This document shows, piece after piece, positions 62,408-64,000 of a DNA stretch of 64,000 nucleotides. The notes below the pieces were generated by a model. The model ran no database searches. It was not told the DNA's origin and saw only the letters and a list, made by a program, of their open reading frames with translations. Position 1 is the stretch's first letter, and every line of letters begins with the position of its first letter. Where the stretch lies: contig CAVVMW010000022.1 of assembly GCA_963749495.1 (NCBI GenBank), positions 522,628 through 586,627 on the forward strand, written 5' to 3'. This stretch comes from an uncultured bacterium. Its GTDB lineage: Bacteria; Verrucomicrobiota; Verrucomicrobiia; Limisphaerales; UBA8199. A program made the position numbers and the translations under genes.

Positions 62408-63206
62408 ATCGAGTAGAGGAGAGGCGCGCATGATTAGGCCAACGACTTCCAATGTATCGGCCCTTTCGGGCAGCGTGGCAAATGGTCATCAGGCCATCCA
62501 CCTCGTTTCCTCTGCCCCCTCTAAAATTCCGTACGGTGGGTTTTCCCCATACGGCTTCAAAGCCGCCTGACGCCACGGCCACCTTCGCGGGCGTGCTACC
62601 GCCCGCTTATAGGCCGTCACTGTCGGTATCTCCGTCCCCGGCGTTTGTTCCGTAGTCGGACTTGCGTCCAAGCGGCACCGAGAACCTCTGACCACGACCG
62701 CGGGTCCAGTGGCCCTTGGATCGACCCAATGCTGTCCGGTCGGCTTGTTGCTTGACGATGGCCACATGTGCGCCTCTGTTGGCCACCCAGCGGCTTATGC
62801 ATTATTCCGCCAGGCTGCGGGACCAACCCGCCAGCCCCAGAGGGTCCCCAATTTACTCTGCCAGTCCTTTCACCCCATGCCGCCGCCCTGTACTCCGGCG
62901 ACTCCAACGATTGCCTGCGACGATGCCTTCATCGTTGGTTGTGCCTTCGCCGTTTTCGCACCGGTTCGGCAGTCACAAATCCCACGAATCCGGAACCCGT
63001 GGGTAGCGTAACGAAGCTGCAGCTTTCGCTTTATGCTACGGCCTGGAGGTGTTTTCGCTCGCCCTGCTCCGGCCAGGACTTTTACGACCGAGCTTTCGCG
63101 GGTCGGGTCGCCCCTTCCCGCGTCGGTTATCACTGTATGGTTCATCGTCAGTTACCATCGCCGGACTTCCACCGGCTGGACTGGCAGCCTTATGGGCTGC
63201 CGAATC
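62408..63206 (-). ncRNA. ORF-less group II intron, copy B (complete, ~800 nt)
   Basis: Same domains as copy A; alpha GACGATG complementary to alpha' CATCGTC; DV GAAGCCGTATGGGGAAAACCCACCGTACGGAATTTTAGAGGGGG with AGC triad; long DVI ending CCTCTACTCGAT; domain IV only ~150 nt. Confidence 0.9.
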
Positions 63207-64000
63207 ATCGAGTAGAGCAGAGGCGCGAACATGATTAGGCCAATGACTTCCAATGTATCGGCCCTTTCGGGCATCGTGGCAAACGGTCATCAAGCCATCC
63301 ACTTCGTTTCCTCTGCCCCCTCTAAAATTCCGTACAGGTGGGTTTTCCCCAGTACCGGCTTCAAACCCGCCTGACGCCACGGCCACCTTCGCGGGTATGC
63401 TACCGCCCGCTTATAGGCCGTCACCGTCGGTATCTCCGTCCCCGGCGTTTGTTCCGTAGTCGGACTTGCGTCCAAGCGGCACCGAGAACCTCTGACCAGA
63501 AAAAAGGGTCCGGTGGCCTCGGCTCCCCAACCGGTTGTGCTGTCCGGTGGGCTCGTCGCTTACTATGGCCACATGTGCGCCTCTGTTGGCCACCAGCGGC
63601 TTATGCATTATTCCGAGTCGGGACCAACCCGCCAGCCCCAGAGGGTCCCCAATTTACTCTGCCAGTCCTTTCACCCCATGCCGCAGCCATTATCCGGTGA
63701 CTCCAACGATTGCCTCCAGACAATGCCTTCATCGTTGGTTGTGCCTTCGCCGTTTTCAGCACCGGTTCGGCAGTCACAAATCCCACCGATCCGGAACCCG
63801 TGGGTAGCGTAACGAAGCTGCAGCTTTCGCTTTATGCTACGGCCTGGAGGTGTTCTTCGCCCTGCTCCGGCCAGGACTTGGGGGGAGAGCTTGCGCGGGT
63901 CGGGTCGCCCCTTCCCGTGTCGGTTATCACTGTATAAACGGAATCGTCCATTTACCATCGCCGGACTTCCACCGGCTGGACTGGCAGCCTTATGGGCTGC
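63207..64000 (-). ncRNA. ORF-less group II intron, copy C (first few nt beyond the window)
   Basis: Near-identical to copy B; 3' end CTCTACTCGAT at 63207; window ends within the 5' GCAGCCCATAAGG. Confidence 0.88.

Noticed and set aside
61710..64000. Protein-coding ORFs or a CRISPR array in the tandem repeats
   Set aside because: The ORFs are short, differ in frame between copies and lack RT (YADD) motifs. The ~800-nt unit with ribozyme motifs is not a repeat-spacer structure.

Overview
This is GC-rich bacterial DNA. The gene families (H-X9-DG prepilin-like protein, DUF5989, DUF2997, ECF sigma C-terminal extension, C-terminal FxR motifs, dense REP-like palindromes) suggest Verrucomicrobiota or another PVC lineage; this is an inference. 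From 1 to ~43.2 kb is chromosomal backbone: pyrH, leuC-like, coaE, SNF2 helicase, lgt, miaA, dksA-like, fhs, MATE and others, interspersed with several toxin-antitoxin modules and many families of intergenic palindromes. It also carries a full-length plant-type alpha-glucan water dikinase (GWD) homologue. From ~43.3 to 64 kb is a lower-GC mosaic island: a truncated DUF4338/IS66-like element, fragments of integrative-element genes, secreted cargo genes, an FGE-sulfatase gene with a DGR-like 3' end, and an IS4/IS701-like element with TIRs. The standout is the right end, where at least three ~800-nt ORF-less group II introns lie head-to-tail on the minus strand, separated by only ~0-7 nt. Several backbone genes carry single frameshifts next to TCGA motifs, which suggests long-read basecalling errors, so fine sequence details need checking against reads. 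All family assignments come from motif recognition, not database searches.
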